From contig OX597814.1 of the NCBI GenBank assembly GCA_951406725.2, forward strand, positions 94,798,001 through 94,862,000: DNA of 64,000 bases, given 5' to 3'. The stretch is from Octopus vulgaris. Its lineage: Eukaryota. The translations under genes were made by a program, and so were the position numbers. Positions 40,366 to 51,927 of this stretch are shown here, in pieces (positions within the stretch are counted from its first letter, which is position 1; each line of letters opens with the position of its first letter). The notes beneath the pieces are model-generated. The model made no database searches. It was given only the letters and a program-made list of their open reading frames with translations, and was not told the DNA's origin.

Positions 40366-41420
40366 GGGTTGGACAAAAGAGTGGAAACACCTTTAGATTT
40401 CAAACAAATTTATTTTAATATACGGTAGGGCCGCCTTTGGCAGTAATTACGGCTTGAATCCTACAAGGTATGGACTTATATAAAGTTTGAATTGTTTCCA
40501 AAGGAATTTTTGTCAATTCTCCAGCTAAATTGGTCTCCAGTTCTTGTAGTGATGATGGTGGAGGATATCGACTCCTTACTTGTTTTTCTAAAATGCACCA
40601 TAAATGTTCAATAATATTGAGATCTGGGGACTGTGGTGGCCAGATAAGATGTTCAACTTTCACTCGAATGATCCCCGTACCTTTCAATAACAACTTTAGC
40701 TGTGTTGATTGGTGCATTATCATCCTGAAAGATTGCGTTTCTCTTTAGGGTTAATTTGATCAGATAAAATGCTTAAATAGTCTTGACTATTAATTCTGCC
40801 TTGAAGGAAAACCATTGAACCGGCAAATTTCCAAGATATAGTCCCTCAAATCATCACAGATCCTCCTCCATGTTTAACAGTTGGAAAAATGGCAGTCTGG
40901 GTCAAAAGCTTCTTTTGGCTGTCTCCACTCGTATATTCGGCCGGTAGTCGGAAATAAGGTAAAGGATAACTCGTCCAAGAAAATAACATTTTTCCACTGC
41001 TCTAGGGACCAATTTTGTAGGTTTTTACTCCACGCTAAACGCTTTGCAACAATTGTTTTTGAAAGAAGTGGTTTTCTTATTGCAGCCCTTCCGTGAAATC
41101 CGGCTTTTTGCAGCTCCCAGCAAACAGTTTTTGAGGAAACTGGGTTCTCGAGGTGGTCATTAAGCTCTGCAGTAATTTTGGGAGCTGTCATTTTGTGATG
41201 CTTTCTAACAATTCGCGTAAGAATCCGACGGTCCCTATCTGAAAGTTTTGGTTTTCTTCCGGAGTTTTTTCCCGCTTTCTCAAAGGATGTCATTACTTTC
41301 GAGTCAGTACTACTTTTATACACCAAACATTTCGGCTGTTTTCGTTACGCTAACGCCTGCCATGCGAGCACCAGCAAATTGACCTCTTTGAAAGTCTGAT
41401 AGATTTGTTATTTTAATGAG
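40363..41420 (-). mobile_element. Decayed Tc1 (DD34E) transposon
   Basis: GRKPKLSDRDRR, WKNVIFLDE and WPPQSPDLNIIEHLW. TIR CAGGGGTTGGACAAAA..TGGAAACACC after TA. Confidence 0.92.
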
Positions 41421-41465
41421 AGAAAAATGTGTAGTAATTAACAGTTCAACATGATGAGGATGAAG

Positions 41466-41496
<31 letters not shown>

Positions 41497-41638
41497 CAAA
41501 AGCAACGTTGGCCTGCTCACCTATCCAGCAAGGTGGCATCATTTGAAATCTAAAACAATGCGAAGCGCATTGTGACCAGCGATATTAACAAGATCCAACA
41601 GTCTGGTCGATACCGTGAAATATATAAAAGTATGCACA

Positions 41639-41701
<63 letters not shown>

Positions 41702-41713
41702 TATCAATCAATC

Positions 41714-41765
<52 letters not shown>

Positions 41766-42281
41766 TCCTTGTAAGTGTGCCTATGTGTATGTCTTCCAGT
41801 GTGTATTTTCATGTGTATGTGTTACCATATGTGTACGTATAGATATATAAACCAGTTTCTTAACAAGACTATTTACTTCTGGCAACCAAACCTATCTTAG
41901 GACACATTAATCATTCGAAGCCTTTTGACATCTTCCCACCTTGCTGGCCACATCTGTCTGTTTCTTCAGTCCGCTTTCTCTCCACACTAATCTATTATCT
42001 TTTGTTTTCTTCCTTTATCTCTTTCTTTTCTGTGCTAGTGTGTTTCTTCTTATTTGTTTCTTTGATCCTCGGTCTATCTCATTCTCTTTCGCTTCACATA
42101 TAAAATTATTTACCCAACTGTTTAACCAATATACATAACTTATTTCATATATAAACACACTTTGTGTGAAAAAAATCTCTGGTGTACGACTGAAAGTTAC
42201 GTTTATTAGATGCAACTTGCTAAATAAGCCGTTTAAAACGAAACCTAAGGTTCCAGTCGACCAATATTTTATACATAGATA

Positions 42282-42500
42282 GGGTGGTGAGCTGGTGAAA
42301 TAGTTAAGACGCCGGGTAAAATGTTCAGTGGCATTTCTTCCATCTTTACAGTCAGACTTCAAATTCCGCCGAGGTCGACTTTGCCTTTCACCCTTTGGTG
42401 GGGGGTCGATAAAATAAGTACCAGTTGAGCGCTGGTGACGATGTAAGCAACTTCTCCTACCGTGAAATTACTGATCTTGTGCAACAAATTTGAAACCAAT
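42282..42500 (+). mobile_element. SINE family B
   Basis: GCCGAGGTCGACTTTGCCTTTCA...GTCGATAAAATAAGTACCAG. Confidence 0.85.
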
Positions 42501-42616
42501 ATTTTATACAAAGTTACATATATCACACAGGTTCATATACACACACATACATATATGTGTAGATAATTGGCTGGATGTGTGTATGCACACGTGTAGACAG
42601 ACAGACAGACAGACAT

Positions 42617-42707
<91 letters not shown>

Positions 42708-42964
42708 TATAGATAAACTGACTAATAAATTTCTTCAGAATCCAATTTTCAAAACTAGTAATTCACTAAACGTTAAAGCAATTCTCTAATCTATATAAAA
42801 CAACAGATGTTAAAGTCAACGTGTTATGAGTTCATTATCGCTTTATGTTTTATTCAGTTTTTGTGTATATATATGTGTGTGTGTGTGTGAGTGTGTGTGC
42901 ATGTGTGTGTATAAATGTGTATGTATTTATATATATATATATGTATATATATATACATATATAT

Positions 42965-43037
<73 letters not shown>

Positions 43038-43105
43038 TATATACATATATATACATATATACAGATATATAAATAGTTGAAATGTTTTATATATATGTGT
43101 GTGTG

Positions 43106-43379
43106 TATTCTGTTGTGTCTGGGGAGAGTCATTTTCTTTTTGTGCCTTATAATTTAACACACTCACCGGTAAAATTTCCACTTATTTCTTATTTTTATTT
43201 TCCTAAAATTTTCGTTGCGTTTTGCAACCTTTTCAGTAGTCAAGACTATTCAAAAGGTTACAAGACGCCACGAAAATTTTAGGAAAATAAAAATAAGAAA
43301 TAAGTGGAAATTTTACCGGTGAGTGTGTTAAATTATAAGGCACAAAAAGAAAATTACTCTCCCCAGACACAACGGAATA
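43106..43379. repeat. Near-perfect palindrome, ~136-bp arms with 2-nt spacer
   Basis: Centre TAGTC-AA-GACTA at ~43237-43248; arms differ at about 7 positions. Confidence 0.92.
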
Positions 43380-44908
43380 TGCTTCAACACACGAACTCAC
43401 TTAAAGTATCTTGCAAACCAAATCCAAAACCGATATATGTATGTATCTTATACATAAATGGCAATTTCTGTCTGTCTATCTGTCCGTCTGTCTGTTACCA
43501 TCTTGGTTCCTACACCAGCGAACAAATCGTGACGAAACTTTGCATACATGTTCAACTAACGTCCAGTTGAATTATAAGCTTATTAGATTTCAATAAAAAT
43601 CTATGATGGACCCACCCACCTAGTGGGGGGCTCTTTCTTGATATTACCGGTCAAGTGATTTATTTTACTCGGTTGGGCTATAATTTGATAAAATGAGAAA
43701 TGTACATGAGTGTTAGTGTGAGAGAGATGTGGTGGCATAGTAAGTGTGGCTGATATCAGGGAACTGGAGAAGAAAGTTGCGTAAGCGACAACTATGGAAT
43801 GGCAGAAGGATGGCTGTCATTCAGACGCTGCATACATACTTTCGTAAATACATAGATACATGCACACACACACAATGCGCGCGCACACACATACACATGC
43901 ACATACACATAGTAATTTTTAAAACGCCAAGGAAAAGAAAGAAAGGTGGACGTGAGGAATACGTATCTTTAAGGAGAAACGGGGTAAGATGACAACAACT
44001 GTTCAGTTGTGGCTTTTGTGTTGTCCTTCTCAATGAAACACTCACACACAGACACACACATACATACATATATAAACATACATGCATACATACATTTGTC
44101 TACTATACACCATTTTAAACTTGTGATTACCTGTGTGTGCGTTTGTGTGTGTATGTGTGTGTGCGTATGTGTGTGTGTGTGCATGTGTGTGTGTATGTCA
44201 CGTCCTATAACTGTCTGTTTTTCTATTTTTATAGGGTCTTTCCTGTTGCTCTCACATATTGTTATATTTTTAAATTACTTCAAAATTTTCAAATTTGGTA
44301 TATTGAAATAACTTTCCACGCTAAATCCGATTTTGTTATTTATCTGTTCTAGAAAAACTGCAGAAAAATGTTTCTGCGGCTTAAAGTTTAATCAATTTTA
44401 CCTAATCAGAAAATAGGATTTGGAAGCAGGCATTTCCTGAATGATAGCTGTCTATCACAAAATGAAAGCAGAATGATTACGAGGAGGAAATTTTATTAAA
44501 CAAACGAAAGCAAAGCATTACGACGTCATTACAAACTTTTGAGCTTTCAGTAAGTTTTAATGAATAAAGTCATGTGAAACAGTCGAACAAACATATATAG
44601 ATAATTTTAAATGGAAAAATACTAAACGAAGTTTTTTGCAGAAAATTCCACAAATGTATCCTGATCGAGAGGCCTATCTTTCGGGGAAGGCATGGTCTCA
44701 CATGCAATAAACAACAATTTATATAAGACATTCTATTGTAAAACTTGTCCGGCAACGACGTGTTATTCAGCTAACATATATATAAAACAATAGATATTTA
44801 ACTCAACATATCATGAGTTCATTATCACTTAATGTTTAATTTAGTTTTAGTATATATGTGTGTGTGTGGATGTGTGTATGCGCGTTTGTGTATGTGCGTG
44901 TGTGCGTG

Positions 44909-45245
44909 TATTAAAGGAAAATGAAAACAAAAGCAAGGCGGGACGAGCATCTCAGGTCATTTAGAATATTTAAAAGCAGAAGCAGAAGTAATTAATGTCT
45001 TACAGCTGTTTCTGAGATATCCCAGGTAATGGGATATTCTAAATGACCTCAGATGCTCGTCCTGACTTGATTTTGTGTTCCTTTTCCTTTAATATATACT
45101 CGCTGACTCGGAAACCTGCTACAGATCCATAGTTCCAGTCTCAGCTGTGAACTTAGAACCTAATGGATGTCCAGTTATAGCACTTACGCAGCGTACCTAT
45201 TGATTTAGTTGATCTTACAGGATTAGTGAACTAAACCCCTCATAT
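44909..45245. mobile_element. Fold-back unit with truncated hammerhead
   Basis: Inverted arms 44909-44969 and 45034-45094 enclose minus-strand ATATCCC-ATTACCT-GGGATAT-CTCA-GAAA-CAGCTG-TA-AGAC. Confidence 0.7.
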
Positions 45246-45890
45246 ACTATATATATATACATACATAATATACCTTCGCATTTAGATATATATACATTGA
45301 TTCGTCTGTAAATCGTTGGCTGGATTAATGTCTCATGAAAGACAGACATCAGAGCTAATACAAAAAAGAAGACGAAACCATACCGTTAGATCCTTATAAG
45401 TCAAAATCGACGAGAGAACCCGCCATATGCATGTTTCTGTGTGTATTAGTGTGTGTGTGTGTGTGCGTGTGTGTGTGTGTGTGTTTCTGTGCGTGTGTGT
45501 TTGTGTGTGTGTTTGTGCATGTGTATGTGTATCGGTGTGTAGGTAGGTAGGTAGGTAGGTAGCTAGGTAGGTAGATAGGTTGGTAGGTAGGTGGCTAGCT
45601 AGCGAGATAGATAGACAGATAGATAGATAGATAGGTAGGTGATTTTAACTGTTTGCATGAATCGCTGCAACATTTTTTGCTTTGATTTTCGCTGTCTTTT
45701 TTTAATGAAATGACAGTTCAATAACATTCAACTCAATATAGCCGAAACGAATCTGACATATGTTTGTGTCCGGTCTATTAAGCTATAGAAATACACACAC
45801 GCGTGCCCATACACACACAACAACAACAACACACGCACGCGCGCGCATGCACACACGCGCACGCACATATATACATTTACATACATACAT

Positions 45891-45940
<50 letters not shown>

Positions 45941-46547
45941 GGATGGATGGCAAAGACATTAGATTAACAGGAGACACTGTTTCTGTCTCTGCTTTCTTAG
46001 TTCTAATCCTGCCGATGTCAACTTATACTTTCATTCCTCCAGAGTCAATAAAACGAAGTGCAAATCAAGACTAACCACCACCCTGAACATTTCTGGTTCA
46101 ATATCTAAATTAGAAATTAGTACTACTTTTTACTGCTGACATCATTCACGGGTAAAGTACGTGTCTGCGGTTTTATTCAATAGTTAACAAGTGTAACATT
46201 TTTCAAATTATATTTTGTCACAGAATGTTCCTTATTTTACTATTTTAAAATGTTCCCCTCTCTGGGGTTAGTCAACAACGCCGTTTTATTTTTAATATTT
46301 TCATTTTATTCTACCGTTACATGCGATGGTAAAATTGCCTTGTTCATTCCTCGTATATCCTCCTCAAAAATAATATAGTAAACAAAGCAAAACTACCACC
46401 AAGCAAAGAGTGAAAAATAAATTGACACACAACGAAAAAATGGCACTAAAAGAAATAATAAAACTCTTAAAGATGTAAGATATCAAAGAACACAGAGATA
46501 GAGTAACGATGATGGTGTAAGAAATAGGATCACATGCGGTCGTATTG

Positions 46548-47617
46548 TGTAGGGAATACAATCGCACGCGGTCCCATTCTTAATGAGTTATTACAAGCCA
46601 TAAATACATGCAGTAACAATAGAACATAAGTGGATTGACAACAAGTCTCCTGTTTGAGATAAACATTATTTATTTTACAATCGTTTTGATGTTGGGAGTT
46701 TGTAAACGTTAGCACGTATGTGCGCATGCAATACGTGTTTGTGTCTGTAGGTTCGTGTGTGTAGGCGGCTGGCATAGAAAAGTACCTGATGGTGGAGGCG
46801 GCGAAGATAGTAGGCTTTCTGTGTTGAGTGTACATTAGCGTCGTAGCTAGTTGTAGCAGGAACAATCGTTTATCATTTGGTTGAGCAGCGCTGTCTCTGA
46901 AGCCAGTTCTTACAAGAACTAAAACTAAAGACAGGTAATTGATTTACTGTTTATGAGGTACACGAAGTGTAAGAGTTCAATATCAAGATGTTGTGTCTCG
47001 GAGCTGAGATTAGCTGAATCACTTGTTGTGTTTATCTTTCTCTTGATATGGATATTCTTTCAGATATATTTACTGTAACCGTTTTCCCGTGGTGAGATTT
47101 TTCACCTAACCGCTTGAGTTGAATCTGTAGTTATCTTGTGTACAAGTTAAATCTTCGTAGATAGAGACGATGTTGGCGATGACGTCGTGTCTGTATGTTC
47201 GTGTGTGTGTGCGGCTGGCATAGAAAAGTACCTGATGGTGGAGGCGGCGAAGATAGTAGGCTTTCTATGTACAAGCTAAATCTTCGTAGATAGTTTTGCT
47301 TGGTGGTCGCCTGCCTTTCGAACTGGAACATGGTTGTGTATGTTCTGTGTGGTCAGAGATTTAGTCCTCACAAGGACTAGAAACCAAAGACGAAAGGTGT
47401 CCGAAAACACTCCTTTATATACAGTTTGGGTGGCTCAACCGAACTTCAGAAATGGACGGGACAGTGGCGCGAAAATAAGTGGAGACAAATCGCGTCACGT
47501 GTCAACCAATGGCGCGAACTATGTAGAGACCACTCGTGTCACATGTCAACCAGTGGCGCGAACTATGTAGAGACCACTCGTGTCATATGTCAACCAATCA
47601 GGTTAGTGTTTACAACA
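46548..47617 (-). mobile_element. Possible solo LTR with internal duplications
   Basis: Minus strand starts TGTTGTAAAC and ends ..CCCTACA. It has three ~44-bp CpG-rich repeats (47465-47597), TATATAAAG (~47413-47421), AATAAA, and a 70-bp duplication 46751/47197. No clear TSD. Confidence 0.45.
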
Positions 47618-48069
47618 ACGTTAAACTAGCCAAAGATGTTTGTAATCTCAAACGAGATCATTCTTAATACTTTTCTCAAACAGTGAAGATAGCAATGAAG
47701 AAAACAATATTGCTACAATGGTTAAAGAAACGATGTCCTTTGCAAATGTTCATTCAGACAAGCCAAAAACTTTCGATGGGAAGCATTTTGCTAAAAAATC
47801 GAAAGCTCGCAATATTTTGTGCATCGGACTGGCACCAATCTTCTGCAGCAATCAATCACTTGGATAAAAAATAAGAATCATTGTAGCAAAAGCACAGCAG
47901 ACTTTCTTGTCTTGACTTTATCTCACTTGCACCCTCTTTCTATAGGACGTAAAGCGTGACTGAAAAAATCAACGAAGGAACCAAATAACATTTATATCGG
48001 CTATTGCTGTATAGAGATTATTAGTACTATTATCACGGGGGCCGTAATCGAATCACACACACACATACA

Positions 48070-48114
<45 letters not shown>

Positions 48115-48292
48115 TTTTAATTCTCCCATCATCCTTCACTATAGGTTCCCTTCGTATATAAGTGTGAAGCATCGTAAAAGTGTTTTCTATCAAATGGAGA
48201 AGCCAACAACCAACGAAATATAACCAAAAATTTCCTTCCTTTCTTTCCTTTCTCTTACACGTCTTCAAACTTGATTAATTATCTATTTAGTT

Positions 48293-48375
48293 ATTCCTGA
48301 TGAAGGGGACATGTCAGTGTGAATCTAAAGGATTCAGACCTGTTGACTAATGGACTCCAGAAACGGCCGTCTAAT
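48293..48375 (+). ncRNA. Type I hammerhead ribozyme with long stem II
   Basis: ATTC-CTGATGA-AGGGG..GTCAG..TGAATC-TAAAG-GATTCA..TTGAC..CTCCA-GAAA-CGGCCG-TC-TAAT. Lies in a ~480-bp unit between (TA)n tracts (48108-48583). Confidence 0.8.
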
Positions 48376-48577
48376 TGCTTCATATTGACGTTATAACCCT
48401 CAATAAAATATTTCTTCGGAACTCTTCTAAACTTTTAAATCCATAATTAGGAATTCCCACTTTTATTTACTTATTTACTCTTTTCATGTATATTTTTACC
48501 TCATATATCTCTTATTTCTTTTTAAATAATATATAAATATATTCCTTGTTTTGCTGTACCCTCATCCACCGGACTAC

Positions 48578-48621
<44 letters not shown>

Positions 48622-48625
<4 letters not shown>

Positions 48626-49070
48626 GTTGTCCGTAAAGTTCGTGCGGATTTTTAAAGGAAAGAAAAAGTTAATAAATACTTGCCATTACATTATTAATCA
48701 ACCAAATATGAACCATTTTGTTGCACAATGCGTCTCCATCTTTCCTTTAACTTGAAAATACCCTCTTCCCAGAATTGAGGTTGTTTCATGGCAAACAATT
48801 CATCAAGTTATCTTTTTACGTCATCCAAGGAATGGAAATTTTTACCAATAAGACTATTCTGCAGAGACCTGAATAAGTGGAAATCCGAAGGAGCAATATC
48901 TGGTGAATATAGAGGGTGTGGTAACACATCCCAGCCGAGCTGCAGCCATTTTTGTCTGGTTCCCAAAGAAACGTGTGGTCTTGCATTATCATTGCATTAT
49001 CCTTGTTGTTGGCCAATTCTGGACGTTTCTCGTCCAGTTGTGTGCAGTATTTCTCAAATTTAATCATCTG
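48622..49070 (-). mobile_element. Mariner 3' fragment
   Basis: EKRPELAN..., HPLYSPDIAPSDFHLFRSLQN; TIR TTAGGTTGTCCG next to TA. Confidence 0.88.
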
Positions 49071-49424
49071 GTTACATGGGAGAAGCTCATAATAACTTAC
49101 ATCATTTCTATTTAAGAAAAATACGTTTGTTTAACGACAATCTTATAGACAAAATTTGATATGTCAGTAAATACACAAAAGCATTATAAATGTACTATAG
49201 GAAACAGTATTGATTTCGCCGACTGGACAAACAGTCTCTCTCGGCTAAAATGGACGTTGACCTGTTCTCGATATCAGAGATTATATCTAAATGTTTTGTT
49301 TTGTTTTTTTCCTCTACTCCTTCAGTTCGAATTTAACTCTGTAAGAAAGTGGAAACGTAATAGAGATCACGTGAGTAGTATATTCTTCGTTAATTAACAA
49401 TTCTTTTATCTGTCATCTTTTTCA

Positions 49425-49801
49425 TTTTCGGTCATTGGATTGCGGTCATACTGGAGTATCATCTTAGAGAGGTTTCCTCGAACAAATATTGATACTTATT
49501 TCTATCAGCCTGTATTGGCGAACTGCTAAGTTGCGGTGGCGTAAATTAACCCTAACCTGTTGTCAACTGGTGGTGGTGGTGGTGGTGATTTTTGTGGTGA
49601 TGGCGGTGGTGCTAATGGGACAAACATAAAACAGACACGAAAACGTACACACACATCCTTATATTTTGTGTATATGCGCACGCACGCGCGTCGTTCGTAG
49701 CAAATCACCTAAGATAAAACTAACGATATTATACAATACTAAGTGAACCCGAATATATTGTCACATAACAAAAACATGTAGCAGTACCCAAAAACCCACT
49801 C

Positions 49802-49881
<80 letters not shown>

Positions 49882-50055
49882 TATATATTTATAAATGGGA
49901 ATTCTTGACCGGTGCTTTCGGGCGATTTCAGTCCGTGTCAGTACATAAGTATACAATTATGTGCTTTAACTACAGCATTAGATATTTCTAGCTCTTATTT
50001 CTAGCAATGTAAGTGTTATAACAGCCTAGTTATATTTAGCGACAACTATATACCT

Positions 50056-50141
<86 letters not shown>

Positions 50142-50300
50142 GATGGCCTTCTGTCAGTTTCCGTCTACCAAATCCACCCTCTAAACTTCGTCGGCCCCAG
50201 TCTTTAGTAAAAGATACCTACCCAAGGTGCTGCACAGAGGAATTGAACTAGGAATCATGTTGGGAAACAAACTTCTTTGCCACACGGACACGTCTGCGCC
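49425..50300 (-). mobile_element. SINE family A split by expanded microsatellites
   Basis: 3' half at 49425-49570, 5' half (CAGTTTCCGTCTACCAAATCCAC...) at 50143-50300. Confidence 0.7.
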
Positions 50301-50814
50301 ATTCTCTCTATTTCTCTCTCTCCTCCTCTCTCTCACTTTCTCTCTCTCTTTCTCTCCTTCCCTCTCTCTTTCTTTTTCTGTCTCCCTCTTTCTCTCTCTC
50401 TCTTTCTCTCCTTCCCTCTCTCGTTTTTTCTCTCTATCTCTCTGTCTCTCTCTCTTTCTCTCCTTGACTCTCCCTTTCTTTCTCTCTCTCTCTCTCTCGC
50501 TATCTATCTATCTATCTATCTATCTTTCTATCTATCTCTTCTTCTGTTTGTTGAAAAGTATGAATAGAATTCTGAAGAATGAAACATACAGCTAACAAAC
50601 TGTTGTATCCAGTTAAGTGTTCTTACCACAACGATGTTATTAAGATGTTCTTGGGAATGTTCAATGTTCTAATGAAAGCAATGTCGCCAATTAATACGGA
50701 TGAAATGAAAATTTTAATTGAAACATCAATCATAATTGAACATAATAAACTGGAATTTTGTTTGCGCGTTCGTAGCAAACACGAATAACGCCATTAGAAT
50801 TAGTTGTCTAGAAG

Positions 50815-51115
50815 ATGATGCTGGTGGTGGTGGTGGTGGTGGTGGTGGTGGTGGTGGTGATGGTGGTGGATGTGGTGGTGGTGGTGGTGGTGGTTGTCGT
50901 GATGGTGATGGTGGTGGTGGTAGTGATAGTGGTGGTGGTGATGGTGGTGGTGGTGGTGGTGGTGGTTGTCGTGGTAATGATGATAAGGACCATGATCACG
51001 ATCGTCATCATCATCATCATCATGATCTTAGTGGTGGCGACGATGACGATAATGGTGGTGTCGGCGTGCTCGTGGTTGTAGATGTGGTAGTGATGGTCGT
51101 TGTAGTAATGATGCT
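50815..51115. repeat. (GGT)n/(GAT)n low-complexity tract
   Basis: Directly visible. Confidence 0.9.
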
Positions 51116-51555
51116 TGTAGGCGAAAATTAAATTCCTGATGATTCTGCCTGTTAACCACATCTTAAAGTGTGATTACTCCTGCGAAGAGGTTTTCCGTTC
51201 GTACGTCTTCTCTAAATCTGTGTTGGTGATGCGACTTGAATTATGAGCGTCAAGTTAACAAAACCTTGCTGTTTTACAGATCGGAAGTGCATCTACATCA
51301 TTCAGGTATGCACATTATTTAAATGTTGCAGATCTATTTACATGTACGTGATGAATCCCCCATCTTCTACCCCCAACAGATCCTATGAAGAATATTCTAC
51401 TCACATCTTTCTTTTGAAATGCATAAGCAAAAACAATCCACACCGCACAGTGAGCTGTTGTGGCCGCTTGCATTTACCCGAGTGAATATAGTTTCGATAT
51501 TCCGTCGATGTTATGCCTAATCTTGTAATGTTTTTTAACATTTTACATTAATAAT

Positions 51556-51927
51556 AAGGCATCGAGCTGGGAGAATCGTTAGCACGCCGGAGAAAATATT
51601 TAGCTGCGTTTCGTCCGTCTTCGCGTTCTGAATTTAAACTTCACCGAGGTCGACTTTGCCTTTCATCTCTTTCGAGGTCGATAAAATAATTATCTATGTG
51701 TTAAGGTGGCGAGCTGGCAGAATCGTTAGCACGACAAGCAAAATGTTTAACGACATTTCGTCCGTCTTCAAGTTCTGAGTTAGCTCAAATTCTGCCGAGG
51801 TCAACTTTCTCTTTCATCCCTTTCGGATTCGATAAAATAAGTACCAGTTGAAAACTGGGGTGTATGTATGTAATCGACTTACTCCCTTCCCGGAAATTGC
51901 TGGCATTGTGCCAAAATTTGAAACCAT
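51556..51927 (+). mobile_element. Two adjacent SINE family B copies (first truncated)
   Basis: GAGCTGG.AGAATCGTTAGCACG at ~51564 and ~51711. Confidence 0.85.

Noticed and set aside
47465-47597. CRISPR-like regular repeats (also 13030-13150)
   Set aside because: There are no unique spacers or cas genes, and the context is eukaryotic; these are plain tandem repeats.
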